Assembly (NCBI GenBank): GCA_965202585.1
Contig: OZ241828.1
Location: 24,738,001-24,802,000, forward strand
Reading direction: 5' to 3'
Source: Thalia democratica
Taxonomy: Eukaryota
DNA length: 64,000 bases
Shown: one piece after another, positions 37,311 through 48,940 of the stretch
Layout: every line of letters starts with the position of its first letter
Position numbering within the stretch: position 1 is the stretch's first letter
Notes under the pieces: model-generated
Seen by the model: the letters and a program-made list of their open reading frames with translations, nothing else
Databases searched by the model: none
Told to the model about the DNA's origin: nothing
Program-made: the position numbers and the translations under genes

Positions 37311-37490
37311 CAATCAGCGTACACCACACCGCCGGTTTTCCACGGACCTCGCGACATGGACTATGACAGGGACTTGTGCGAACCGGACCTGATATGCCAG
37401 GACGCCCACGAGGCAGTCAGGACCATACTTGACAGTCAAGCTGAAGTCGGTAGGAGGGCGTCAAGTGACAAGAGTCCCCAGAAGTTATGA
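37311..37490 (+). CDS. HDHD5: HDHD5 exon 8 (terminal, TGA stop)
   Basis: CCCCAAACAG| acceptor. Translation QSAYTTPPVFHGPRDMDYDRDLCEPDLICQDAHEAVRTILDSQ...KL* resembles the FHGHRD...EAV C-terminus. The eight exons sum to 1257 nt = 418 aa + stop. Confidence 0.9.
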   Translation, partial: QSAYTTPPVFHGPRDMDYDRDLCEPDLICQDAHEAVRTILDSQAEVGRRASSDKSPQKL

Positions 37491-38305
37491 GGGTAGCATC
37501 ATGGTTTGAAATTTGAACCTCTCGGGCCCCATTTTTGAGAAAAAGTTGAGTTTGACCTCTTGTTTGTGAGTGTTGGGAACGTGTTCCAAAAAAATCACAA
37601 AATTAGTATTGTTGGCTTGTATTTTTTAAAATATTTGATTTAAAGTTATTTGAAAAAGTATTTTGTAAGGTTGTTGATGATCCCAAAATTTGTTTGTGTT
37701 GTATAACTTTTTACAAAACTAAAAATAATAGGTTTTAAGGTATTTTTGGAAAATGTTTAATATTTTGTCAGATTTTTTAGTAAACAACTTATATTTTATG
37801 CACAATTGTTTTCGTTACAAACCAACTTGATTAAGTAAGTTTACAAGCAGTTTCTGTTTTACTGCTTAACCCGGAAATCTAATTAAACTTAACTTTCCTA
37901 TTTTCATAATATTTGTTCAACTCAAAAAAAAAATCACTATCCAATACAACTTCTTAAAATTTTTGAATCTTTTTTAATGCCCATTTATTGACTCCACAAA
38001 AAGTTATACAAAACAATTTCAAATCATTCCAAAATAATTAAAATATTGTTTTGTATGTTGTGCTTGGTGTTTAAATTATATGTTTTTGAAATTTTATTTG
38101 TTGTTCTTTTGTTTTTTTTTTTTGAATTTTTTGAATACGAAAGTCGTTATATATTGAAAGCATTTATACACACTCTGGCGGGATTAAAATTGCAAAAAAA
38201 AAATTTTTGTACATAATAATTGTACAAATATTCTTATTGTACTTTACAACTTTTTTAAACTGATATTTATACAGGTCTTATATATGCTTTCACTTACCAA
38301 GATTT

Positions 38306-38311
38306 GAATAA
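38306..38311 (+). terminator. Candidate HDHD5 polyadenylation signal (AATAAA)
   Basis: AATAAA ~0.8 kb after the stop codon. The hexamer is common in AT-rich DNA, so support is weak. Confidence 0.25.
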
Positions 38312-39499
38312 AAAACTTTTTAAAATTTTTATTAACTTATTAAGCTTTTTGCTGCCTTAAAGACAAAATTTGTTTTAAATTTTTGAATAACGTTATATTT
38401 ATTAATTTATTTTAAAGGACGTTTTTACAATATACAGTATGTTTTATAAATTATCCTGACAGTATAGATTTTTTGTCTACAAATCACATTTTGTTTTTGA
38501 TTTCTTTGTTTTTATTTTTATTTTTACAAGTGTATTCAAGTTTTTAAAAATAAAACATTGTGAAAATTAATAAACTAAACTTGGTTGAATATTTAAGAAA
38601 GTTGTTCTAGCTGAATTAAAAAATGACAGCTAACTCTTTATCTATGTGTAATGGTAATAAGATGTTATAAAATCAAAAAAAGTTTTAAAGCTGGAAATAG
38701 TAATAAGATTAGATGTTAAGTTTGAATTTTTTTGAAACATAAAAGATCTAAAAACAAACTTACATATTTGACAATCTGTATTTAGTTATTTTAAGTTTAA
38801 ATTAAATTATAATGTTTTAACTTTCAAAATGATTTTTTTCTGTTGCGATTTAAACCTGAACCCTGTAAGCTTTAAATTTAAATTTTTCTTTTTTTTTTGT
38901 CACCTGGAAGGTTACATTAATGCTTTATTCAAAGCTTCATGTAATCAATAACTTTAGTTAAAAGAGGTGGCAGAGTTCACATTTGGTTTAAAATAAAACT
39001 TGAAGAGTTTAACAAATCATGTAAATTCTATAACTTTTATTTAAACAAACAGTTTAGTTTCCATAAGCATAAATAACCTACTATCAAACTTATATGTTCA
39101 CTTGAAATTATCACAGTTTTTTGAACCAGTTCAAGTACTAATAGACTCGAAAGCCTTGAAATAAAAGCTTAAGATTGAGATGAATAATTATAAAGTGATG
39201 AATTAGTTTTTAGTTCGAAACAGTTCCATTGATAAAAGTTACAAAGTATTTCAAATTTTCAAAAGGATTTAACAACAAAAAGCTAAAAGCAAAACAATAA
39301 AGTTTGAACAACTTTCATGAATAGTTTTATAAAAAAACTATAGTTGAATATAACAAATAAGTAAATTAGTTTTTTCTCAAAATAAGTTCATTATTATTTT
39401 ATTGAATTTATAAAAGTAACAAATTTATGCATACTTATAAAAAGCAAAATTTGATTTTCATTGGCAAAAGTTTTAAAGCAATTCCAAAACAATTCAAGA

Positions 39500-39660
39500 A
39501 CTAAAAGCAAAGTTTCGAGCAAAACAACGAAACCATACAGTTTCAAGCTCGCACCAGTTTTATGACGTCACAGTGAGCAGTTAGGGCAGAAGTAATCGAT
39601 GCTGATTGGATGAGAGAAAATGGGCAGCAAAAAATTTGATTGTTATGTAACGCAAAATTT
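39500..39660. promoter_or_regulatory. Promoter/enhancer-like motif cluster downstream of HDHD5
   Basis: Full CRE TGACGTCA (39563), CTGATTGG (reverse CCAAT, ~39602) and GTTATGTAAC within a GC-richer patch. Confidence 0.4.
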
Positions 39661-40250
39661 TGCGCACCAAGTTTTTGTTTATAGTTATATTTATCAACCT
39701 AAAAATATTAATATGTAAAACTATTTTTGATTTTTTAGTATTAAAGTATGTGTTTACAGTTGAGTTTTAAAAATAATTTGCAACAAAATTTTTGTGTTAT
39801 GTAACACTGAAATTTGTGAACAAAGTTTATGTTTGCGTTTAAATTTACATTTTTTCGCTATAAATAGTTTTGTAAATAATTAGTTTTGATGTTTTTATGT
39901 TTGAAAAATGTTTATAATTAACCCTTAAAAATTTTTTTTTAAACAAAAAAAAATATGTTATGTAACATTGAAATTTGTGCACTAAGTTTTCTATTATCAA
40001 TACTTAAGTTTTACTATTTTTAGCTAAAAACTGTCTTATTTGTTTAAGTTTGTATTTTTTAGATAAAAAGTAAATCTATGCATGGTTAGTATATGTTTTA
40101 ATTGTTGAAAAAAGTGTTTATAACTGACTTTAAAAAACTAATTTAAAACAAAAAATTTATGTTATGTAACATTGAAATTTGTGCACTAAGTTCTCGTTTT
40201 TTATGTTTAAGTGTTATTATTTTTAGCTAAAACCTATTTTTATTTGTAAT
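39642..40250 (+). repeat. Degenerate minisatellite, 4 units of 155-205 bp, each with GTTATGTAAC
   Basis: TGTTATGTAAC(G/A)...AAATTT(T)G(C/T)G(C/A)AC(C/T/A)AAGTT at ~39641, 39796, 39956 and 40161. Confidence 0.75.
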
Positions 40251-43200
40251 GAATTTATATTATTGACATAATTTTGCAAGTTAATTAAAATAAAATACTA
40301 CAAAAGTTTTTGTGTTAAATAACATTAAAATATAACTAATTTAAAAGTCTTAATAAAAAATTCTGTTACATAAGATTTTCAGTCGCTTATATTTTAGAAC
40401 TCTACGAAGTTTTGCGACTGTTTAAACTAAATTTAAAATTGTTAAGCTAAACAAGTTTTGTGTACAACTAATTTTCATTTTTCAACCTTTTTAAACAATA
40501 TAAAAGGGTGTTTTAAATAATTGTTTTCCAAAAATTTCTGTCACAAAACATTGAAAATATTGTAAAAATTACAATAACATTTATTTGAAATAAAAAACAA
40601 TATTTTTTTGAACAACTAACTTTTTACAATAACTTATACTACTTACATTACACCCTTTTTTTGTAAAACAGAATTAACGCTCAAAATTCTGCTTACATAA
40701 CATCGAAATTTATACAGGAAATTTCGTAATAAATTTTTATTTTTGAAGGACATTTTAATGTAAATTTTTAAATAATTTCTAGTCAATGCTTGATTGCTAA
40801 TTGGAAAATTTTATTTCAAAGGTTTTTTACACAAGTTGATAAACAAACTCAAAATTTTAGTAAAAAAAACTACTTATTTGCTTCTTTTGTGAGTCTTAAA
40901 ACCATGTTTTTTGCTGCGATAAACTATTCTATAAGGTTGGTGGTTATAAATAACACTCTGTAAATTTTATTTGTAAAAAATCTTTTTTTTAATGATGCAA
41001 ATTGACGGTTATTATATCTTGTAGCTTTTTACTGTTATGTAAATTAAATTTCATGTTTGCCTAGTAATTTTGCAGTTGTTTGTTTTTTTTCAATATTTCG
41101 TAATTTTCAGATAAAAATAAAGCTTAAAAAAAAAAGTTAACCTTGTATACTATTAAGTTATGTAACTCTACAAAAATGAATGCTTTATTTTCAAATTACC
41201 GAAAAATTAATAATAGATAAAAGATAATTTTAGTTATTAAGAAAATAGTTCTAGAAACTGTTTTTTTAAACCTTATTTTAGTTAAAAATAAGCTCTATTT
41301 TTTAAAGCTTACCTTATATAGCTATTATTATTTTTTCAATTTGACCTAATTTTTTATTGTGGAATTTTAATTTTTGTGTGTACAAAGTAAATAAAAGTAA
41401 AATACAAAAATCCGCAAATAGATTTGATAAGCTTTTTGAAATAATATTTTAACTTTAGTAAATTATTTTTGTTTTTTACTTTTGCAAAACTTATTTTTTA
41501 TTTTTGTTTATTCACGCAAATTTTGTAAACAATACAATATTTGTTTAACTTATTTTTTCAGTTTGAATAGAAGGTTTTAGAAAGTTAACATTAAAGCCCT
41601 AATTGACTACTAATTCCTGTATAAAAGTTGATAAAACATAAACATTGCATATCTCTAAACCTGAGTTTTAAATATAATTCGAGTATAAAAGTTTTTAATT
41701 AAAAAGAATTACTTATAAATAGTTTTACACACGATTATTTAAGTCGAAAAAAACTCAACAACATTGTAAGTAGAGTTGGTTTTCAATTGTGTATTTTTAT
41801 ACTACAGCATACTAATAATCTTATTCTAAAATAAACATGTTGAGTATGATTTTATTTAAATAAAAATTTTGTGTTATAATGCATTTAATTGCTTTGTTAG
41901 TTTCTTTCTTTAACTTAAAAGACTGTTTGAAGAAACCCAAAAAACTTTACGTATCTAAGTATAAGTTTACAGTCATTAAAGTATAAGTAAGACTACATTG
42001 CTTCTGTTAAATGAAAGCTTGTTTAAAGAGCGATCTTAATATAGCATTAATATTTATTCTATTCTGTAAGTTTTATAATATAATAAAGATAACATAACTT
42101 TAACTCGTAAAATGTTATTTAAATTCTTATAATAAGCAATAATAAACTTTAATAGTAATAACTTTTGAGGTTAATAAAGCAAAATGAAAACGTTTTTAAT
42201 ATTGTTAGCTTTTTATTTTTGTTGAGAAATTGATGAGATATAATAATTAACATGATATGAACTTAAATACAACAATCTTATTAAATGTTCAATTTTTAAG
42301 ACTAATCTCAAAAAATATTACACTATATACTAAAAAATAAGGAGTTTAATAGTTTCATAAAAACCATTTTGTATCAATTGATTATTTCGCCCAATTAACT
42401 TAAAATTTTGTACATCTTTTTGTATCTAGCAAAAAAAAATAATATTGCAAATATTTGCAACTAAAAAAACCTTAAACTTTCTAAGTTTGTCTTAGAAAAT
42501 AAAATACCTGTAATAAATTTATACATAAAAAAAAAAACTACAAAATTTCATACTAACACAGCTACAATAAAACAGCCAAATGTAAAACGTAGTTTAAGAT
42601 TCTTATATTTGTTAATTCAAACTTTTATAAAGAAGTGATTAAAATTTTACTTTACTAGTATTTCCTTAAAGGCCAGAACAAAGTCATATTTTTTTTACAA
42701 ATGTTGGTCTTATTTTTCAGAACTTTAATTCAGTTTTAATTTTAAGTTGTTCAGAGTTTTTAAAGATGATTAATCAAATAAAAAACTCAATATGTTTCTT
42801 AAAAGCAAACAAAATTAGAAAAAGAAAGATATATCTATTACAGTTTTAAAACAATCATTAAGAATATTAACAGTTTAGAATTTATTTTATAAAACCAATT
42901 TGTTTTTATCAACTAAAAAAAACAGTATTTTTAAGGTAGGTTGCAGTTGAGTTTGAAATAACTTTATTTATTCACATTTATCATTTAATATAATCTAAAT
43001 GTCTTACCAGATATGGTTTAAACATTTGTTACCTTATTATATTTGAGCTTATAAAACTAAAAATTTAAAATAGAAATGATATAATACTATCTTAGTTTTG
43101 TGACAATACAAATTTGTTGTTATTTTACATAAAGTATTATTGATTAATATTAACTAGTATTCCTCGTGAAACATTTACCTTACAAATTTAAATAAAATAT

Positions 43201-46200
43201 TTAATCTTTGTTATATTTGAATAGCAACTAAAGTTTATTTATTATTATTTATTATAAAAGACAATTTTATAATACATAGTGTAAAATTCAAGTCTCCCAT
43301 AAAATGTACGTAATAATTTTTGTTTTGTTTTTAATTTTAATTTTAAACCCTGGAATACTTTATGTTTCTAAATTTTGTTTAAAGGTCCAGAAATACATAC
43401 TTGAATTTGCTTTCCATATTTACATGCTATCGGGCCGCAGTTTTACCTTTAGCGGACCGAATTTTACTTTTTTATAATATATATTTATTTATAAGGTTTT
43501 AAACTTTGGGGACTGTACGTGTAAACCTATTTTAAAAAGTAGGGTTGTATATTGTGTGTAGACCAAATCTTAAGTTAATCATAATTTAAATTGTTAAGAA
43601 AATTATTCAAAATTTGAGTTAATGTTGCTCTTAAAACTTTATGAAATGCAAACTGATTAATTGAATCAACTAAAGTTCTCTGCGATTAAAACAATCATTT
43701 AGCAATAACTAAAGATTTAATACTGTTGTATTGTTTATTAATTTTCATCCAGTTTTGTAGTTGTAGGTTCAACTTTTTTTTAAGTTCGCTTTATATGAAA
43801 TTAAATCTTGTCCTTACAACCAAAGCAACTTCTTATAAAATTTTTTTTATCGTTGCCTACATAAAATTTTAGTGCCAACAAGTTACGTGAAAATCAAATT
43901 AATCACTGCATGTGTTTGCGGAAACACTTAAAGTTTTTAAAACGGTAATGAATAAAATACACGTATGAAACACTTTTGGTTACGTAAAATAAAATAAATG
44001 TTTACAAAAAACTCTTGTCAGTTCATAAATATTTTTACATAAAAAATAATTTAAGATGTTGTTTTTTAAATGAACACGATACCTTTTTAACTATTTGTTA
44101 ACAGTTATGCTTCTATTTTATGTCAAAAAACTTTACTACCATTAATTTACACCATCATATTCAATGTGAATTTGTTTTATGATACTTTTCATCAGGCTTT
44201 AAAAACAGTAGATTTTAATTATCTAACTAACTTTTTTGTACAATAAGTTTGATACGTTTTAGTTTGAAAGCATTTGTAAGTTAAAAAACTTTTTGAACAC
44301 AGAATAAAACTACCTAAAATCACTTGTATCATTACAACTAAGTCTAGTGAATCCTTTATGATTAGTAACCAATACATTCTGTAAATTATAAAAATATTTT
44401 TCAAACTAGAAATTAAAAGAATGCAGTTATTTATTTGTTGACTATTGTTTTTAAAAATCAGGCAGTTCTAATAAATTTTAATCAAACAGTAAGGTTTATT
44501 CCAGCTAGTTTTTGTAATTTTCTACTTACATAACAAAAGTATAGTGACAAGCGATTTTGGTTAGCTTTTAAAATCTTAGCTTAAAAAGTGTTTACTCTTA
44601 TTAGATCAAAGATAATTCAAACCAAAGGCGCAGAGTTAGTTATAATTATCGGTAAACTTGCAAAGTCAAATCTAATTGAGAATAAAAATGAAAAAGTTAT
44701 AATTTTACAAAAATTTCAATGGTTTCTAGAGAATTATCAATTTGAATTATTTTTTCATAAAGTTTTTTTCTAGTATAGTCAATTAATAAACATTTTTGAG
44801 CTATAATTTAGAAAATACTGAATAAAAAAGTCGATTTTGTGTTTATTTTAAGGTTTTATTTTTAGTAATAAGGTTTCCTACAAATTAGCTTTATAAAACA
44901 ACTGTATAAAAATACTTAAAATTTTTCAAATCTGATAGTTTAAGACTAAACTTTAGCTTTTAATGTTTAAATTGATGTGTTTTAAAATATATTTTAAATT
45001 GTATTTGTGTTTATTCTCAAAAGTCAAAAGACATCTAACTCCATTTAATAATGGTGTTTAAGTTACTCAAGTATGACCTAATCTAATTATTCTAGCATGT
45101 TTAAAGTTATCCATACTGATATATTATTCAGTTAATCGAAAGTTACCGGGACTGATTCGTTAACCAGTTAATAAAAAAAAATTATACAGAAGTTTTAACA
45201 ATTTAAGCGTTTTTTCATGTCATGGTAGTTTGCGCAAATTTTAATTAAATGCATTTGCTGAATATATTATTTTGCTTTTAGACATTAAAAAACTTAAAAA
45301 AAATATTTAACTTACAGATTACTAACCAAAAGACTATTTTATAACTTTTAATGGGTCGATACTTTTTTTGAATTGTGTTGAAAACAGCAAATTATCGTAG
45401 AAACCACGTTATCGTAAAACGAAAATTATCGTTTTACGTTACCAGACATCATAATTGGATAATTAATTAAAACAAAAGTTTCTATTCAAAACGTGACTGA
45501 AAACATAATATGCATTCAGTGGTTAGTATTATTATGTAGAAAAGTTGTCTTTTTAGATTTAAATAGTTTAAATTCAAACGAATAAAGATTCAAACAAATT
45601 CTAAAGTAAAACGAGAAAACCAGTACTATAAGACCTTACTGCATATTGTTATTTTTTAACAATTAAAACATCAAGTGAGCCAGTTATTTTAATTTTTTTA
45701 TGTTTTGGTTGAGGCTGCTTGATTCTTATTGAATATAAAAATAATCTTACTAGTACAACATAAACTTTTGTGACAACAAATTAGTAAAGCTGTTTTAGGC
45801 TTTGATTTGAAAAATTTAGCAATTAGAATTAGGGTTTAAAAACATTTTGAACTTATTTGAAATTAAAACTTATTAACTTTTGTTTAATTAATACGTTAGT
45901 TTCAAAAGTCGACTGTATTGTTAAAATTAATGTTATATAAAAAAAACAATTTATGCTGAATTAATGTAAAATACTAAAAAACGGAAATTTAAAAGCTGAT
46001 CGGTATCTTCAAAAAAAAATAGCTTAAAACGTATACATCATCTCATTAATGACGTTTTTTTACTTTTTTTTTCTGAGTCATCGAAATCATTAAACTCTGA
46101 ATTTTATTACTTTCTGAGCTAATAGTCTAGGTTTACTTTTTTAGATAGTGTATCATATGTGGAAAAATTTAATCTTTGGCGAGCCAGAGCATTTAGATTT

Positions 46201-46289
46201 AATATATATCACAAAAGTTTCTCAGAAACTCTATTTATTTGAGCAAAACAAAAATTCTATTTGGCGCCTGTTTTGTTTTAAATTGTAGA

Positions 46290-46415
46290 GTACCTCCAGT
46301 AAGTGTTAAAGCTTGGTTTAAGGAGCCAGATTCACATGCTCTCGGATTAAAGTTTACCTTTCTCGGGCCGGACTTTACTTTAATTTTGTAAACAACGGCT
46401 GGCCGAATCCCTAGT
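46290..46415. mobile_element. Degenerate hAT-like MITE remnant, with a related fragment at 43430-43515
   Basis: Shared TTACCTTT..CGG(G/A)CCG(G/A)A.TTTAC between 46355 and 43442; GC-rich GGCCG motifs are typical of hAT MITE interiors. Confidence 0.3.
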
Positions 46416-46896
46416 TTAGAGAGCACTTTTTTACTTTGAATGTAATTTTTTACGTAATGTATCTAGTGTTATTCATTGAATAAAATAAATTATAAAGCTT
46501 GATCTAATTGGCTGTTAAATTGAATGAATTAAAGTACTCAGCGAGTAAGACAAACTGTTAATAAAAACCTAGGTTGTACATTATTGTACCATTTTAAATT
46601 TATGTTTGTTGCAAGTAAAAGATTAGAAAAACATCAGCGAAAATTCAAATAGAGCATAAAACTGGACTTGAGTATTGCGTGAGACAATCTCAAGTTGACA
46701 TAATACGTCGACGGTTGTGACTGAATGACGAGTTTCACGAAGATCAGTACCCAAGTTTCTACCGAAAGTTTGTGGTCTGTAACCGGTGTGATCAAAACTT
46801 TTATTTGTGTGTAAAAAAGATTGCTCGATTTAATGAAATGTAAAGAGCTTATTTAATTATTAGTAAAAATAATGTGCAAATTAAGTATTATGGTTA

Positions 46897-47049
46897 CTAC
46901 GTGGTTTCGGTGGCAAAAAAAACAACCTTTTCAAAAGTGATAAAATAGTAAACTGCTTTAAACATAACTTTCAATATTATTATAAAGAAGTTTACTATTC
47001 TCTTGTACATGAAAGGGTCGTAATTTTGTTTGCCACCGAAACCAGGTAG
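46897..47049. mobile_element. 153-bp TA-flanked MITE (Tc1/mariner-like by inference)
   Basis: TA|CTACGTGGTTTCGGTGGCAAA ... TTTGCCACCGAAACCAGGTAG|TA, 21-bp TIR with 1 mismatch, plus an inner inverted pair ATAGTAAACT / AGTTTACTAT. Confidence 0.8.
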
Positions 47050-47094
47050 TAAGAAAAATATTTAATTTTTACATTATTATGTGTAGTTACCAGT

Positions 47095-47145
47095 GGCGTA
47101 GCGTAATATTTTTGTTAAGGGTGCGCAAAGTTTACTAGTTTCAAA
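47095..47145 (+). mobile_element. Solo hAT-like terminus (CAGTGGCGTAGC)
   Basis: Resembles common hAT TIRs; no partner end was found in the window. Confidence 0.35.
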
Positions 47146-48523
47146 AAAAAAACTTTACTTATATCTTTAATTATTTCAAGAATTTACTTTTGTTTTAAGC
47201 GATATAAAAACCTTATTTTAAGTAGTACAATTAAAATGATTTAACTATATAAAAAAGTGTAAGTAACTGTTCAAAAAAAATATTTATTTCAAAATTAAAC
47301 ATTTTTTAAGCAACTATAGCTAACTGTTTTTTATTTAATATTCGATTATAGTTTTTTGTACTTGCACAAGTATAAAGTAACTAACATAAAATTAATACTT
47401 AACTAGCTATTAACAAACAACAAAATTTATATTAAAATAAAATAATTTGGAAGTTACCAAGAAAAAATTACCAAAGTTATTAGTATCTTACAAAACAACT
47501 AAGTATCTTTAACATAAATAGCATAATAAAAAATAAAGTTTTGTCAGGCTTAGCAAAAAAATTGTAAAACAAACTACAGTTAATGATACCTAATAAAAAA
47601 AATTATTTAAAACATGTAATGTTTTTTAAAAAACCAGAACTAAAACAAAGTAAAAGGCATAGTTAGTTAGATTTTGCTTTGAATAGACATAATTAACAAA
47701 TATAACAAAACATATTTGACAGTTCACTAATTGCAATCCAAGAAAATAAAAGGTGAAAAAAAAAGTTTATCTATTTAAGAAATCGAATTATTTATTTTTA
47801 TAATGTTTTTTAATTTAAAATATAAATAAATAAAAAATAAAGAAAAAAAAAACAAAAGAAAATTTAGTCAGATTTATTTTTCAATAAACAGAAAAAAAAC
47901 TAAATCAAAGTATAATATTAGTTTACTGTTTCTAAATTTACACAACTAGAATTTTTCAAAAACGTTATAAAAATTAAGACATATCAAAAACAGAAAAAAA
48001 CATCTAAAATCATTTTTAATCCAAAACTAAATGTTTAAAGTTGCAAAAAATTAAAGTGTTTATTAGAAGCAATAAATGAAAAATAGTTTTAAAAGACATT
48101 TTTTGTTTGTTTTGATATGTAATTTAAAGATCTGTTTTAAATACTGATTTAAAATCTATAGTTTTAATATCTTTGTTAAACTATATATCTGTAAAAACTT
48201 GTAGAAAAAAAGTTATATAATAAATAAAACTTAACTAAAAATAAAAGTACACATTTCATACCAGTTGACCTGCATTCTTTGGTAACAGAAGCATTTTGTG
48301 TTGGTGTGCTATTATTTGACTTGATCTTTTAAACCTTTGACAACTAGCTAATTTATTTTGTTTTTTAATTTTCAACGTTTTATACAGTATCACTTATACT
48401 ACTTTCCATATTGGTTTTATCAAAAATCTAAATGATAAAAACGATAACTTTTATATTGATTTTCATAAACTACAACATAATTTTTTTAAAACAAAAAAAA
48501 AAGTCAATTTAACTTGAATTTAT

Positions 48524-48940
48524 CAAGGTTGCCACTCTTAAAACCAAAAAAAAAGTGTTCTGAAGTAACATAAACCGTCCTGTGTGACCTTAAACAGTTA
48601 TAAGTCATTATGATGTCTTACATGTCCTTAAGAAGTATTTTTATTTTTTCAAAACTAAAAAATTGAGTTCTTTAATCAAAGTAGTCGTAGTATAACCAAA
48701 ATTGCAACCGAATTATCTAAATCTTATTCAAAATCTACAAAAAACTGTCTTGAAAATTTTCAAAGATTTTATAGTTATCCTGAGTTCTTTATATAAAGCA
48801 AAACTATCCTGAGTCAGACTGAGTTAAAAAAAACCTTTATAATATCATGAGTTATCGTGTGCTGTACTGAGTCATATTGAATTTTTCGAAAGCTTCTATA
48901 TATCCGGAGTGCCCTGAGAATCTTGTCTGTGGCAACCCTT
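48524..48940. mobile_element. MITE with related (A/G)GGTTGCCAC TIRs and a different interior
   Basis: CAAGGTTGCCAC ... GTGGCAACCCTT ends with internal TATCCTGAG-like repeats. No clean TSD. Confidence 0.65.

Noticed and set aside
46712-46752. Minus-strand CTGATCT...GAAAC-TC-GTC hammerhead-like string
   Set aside because: The core is not CUGANGA, and neither stem I nor stem II forms.
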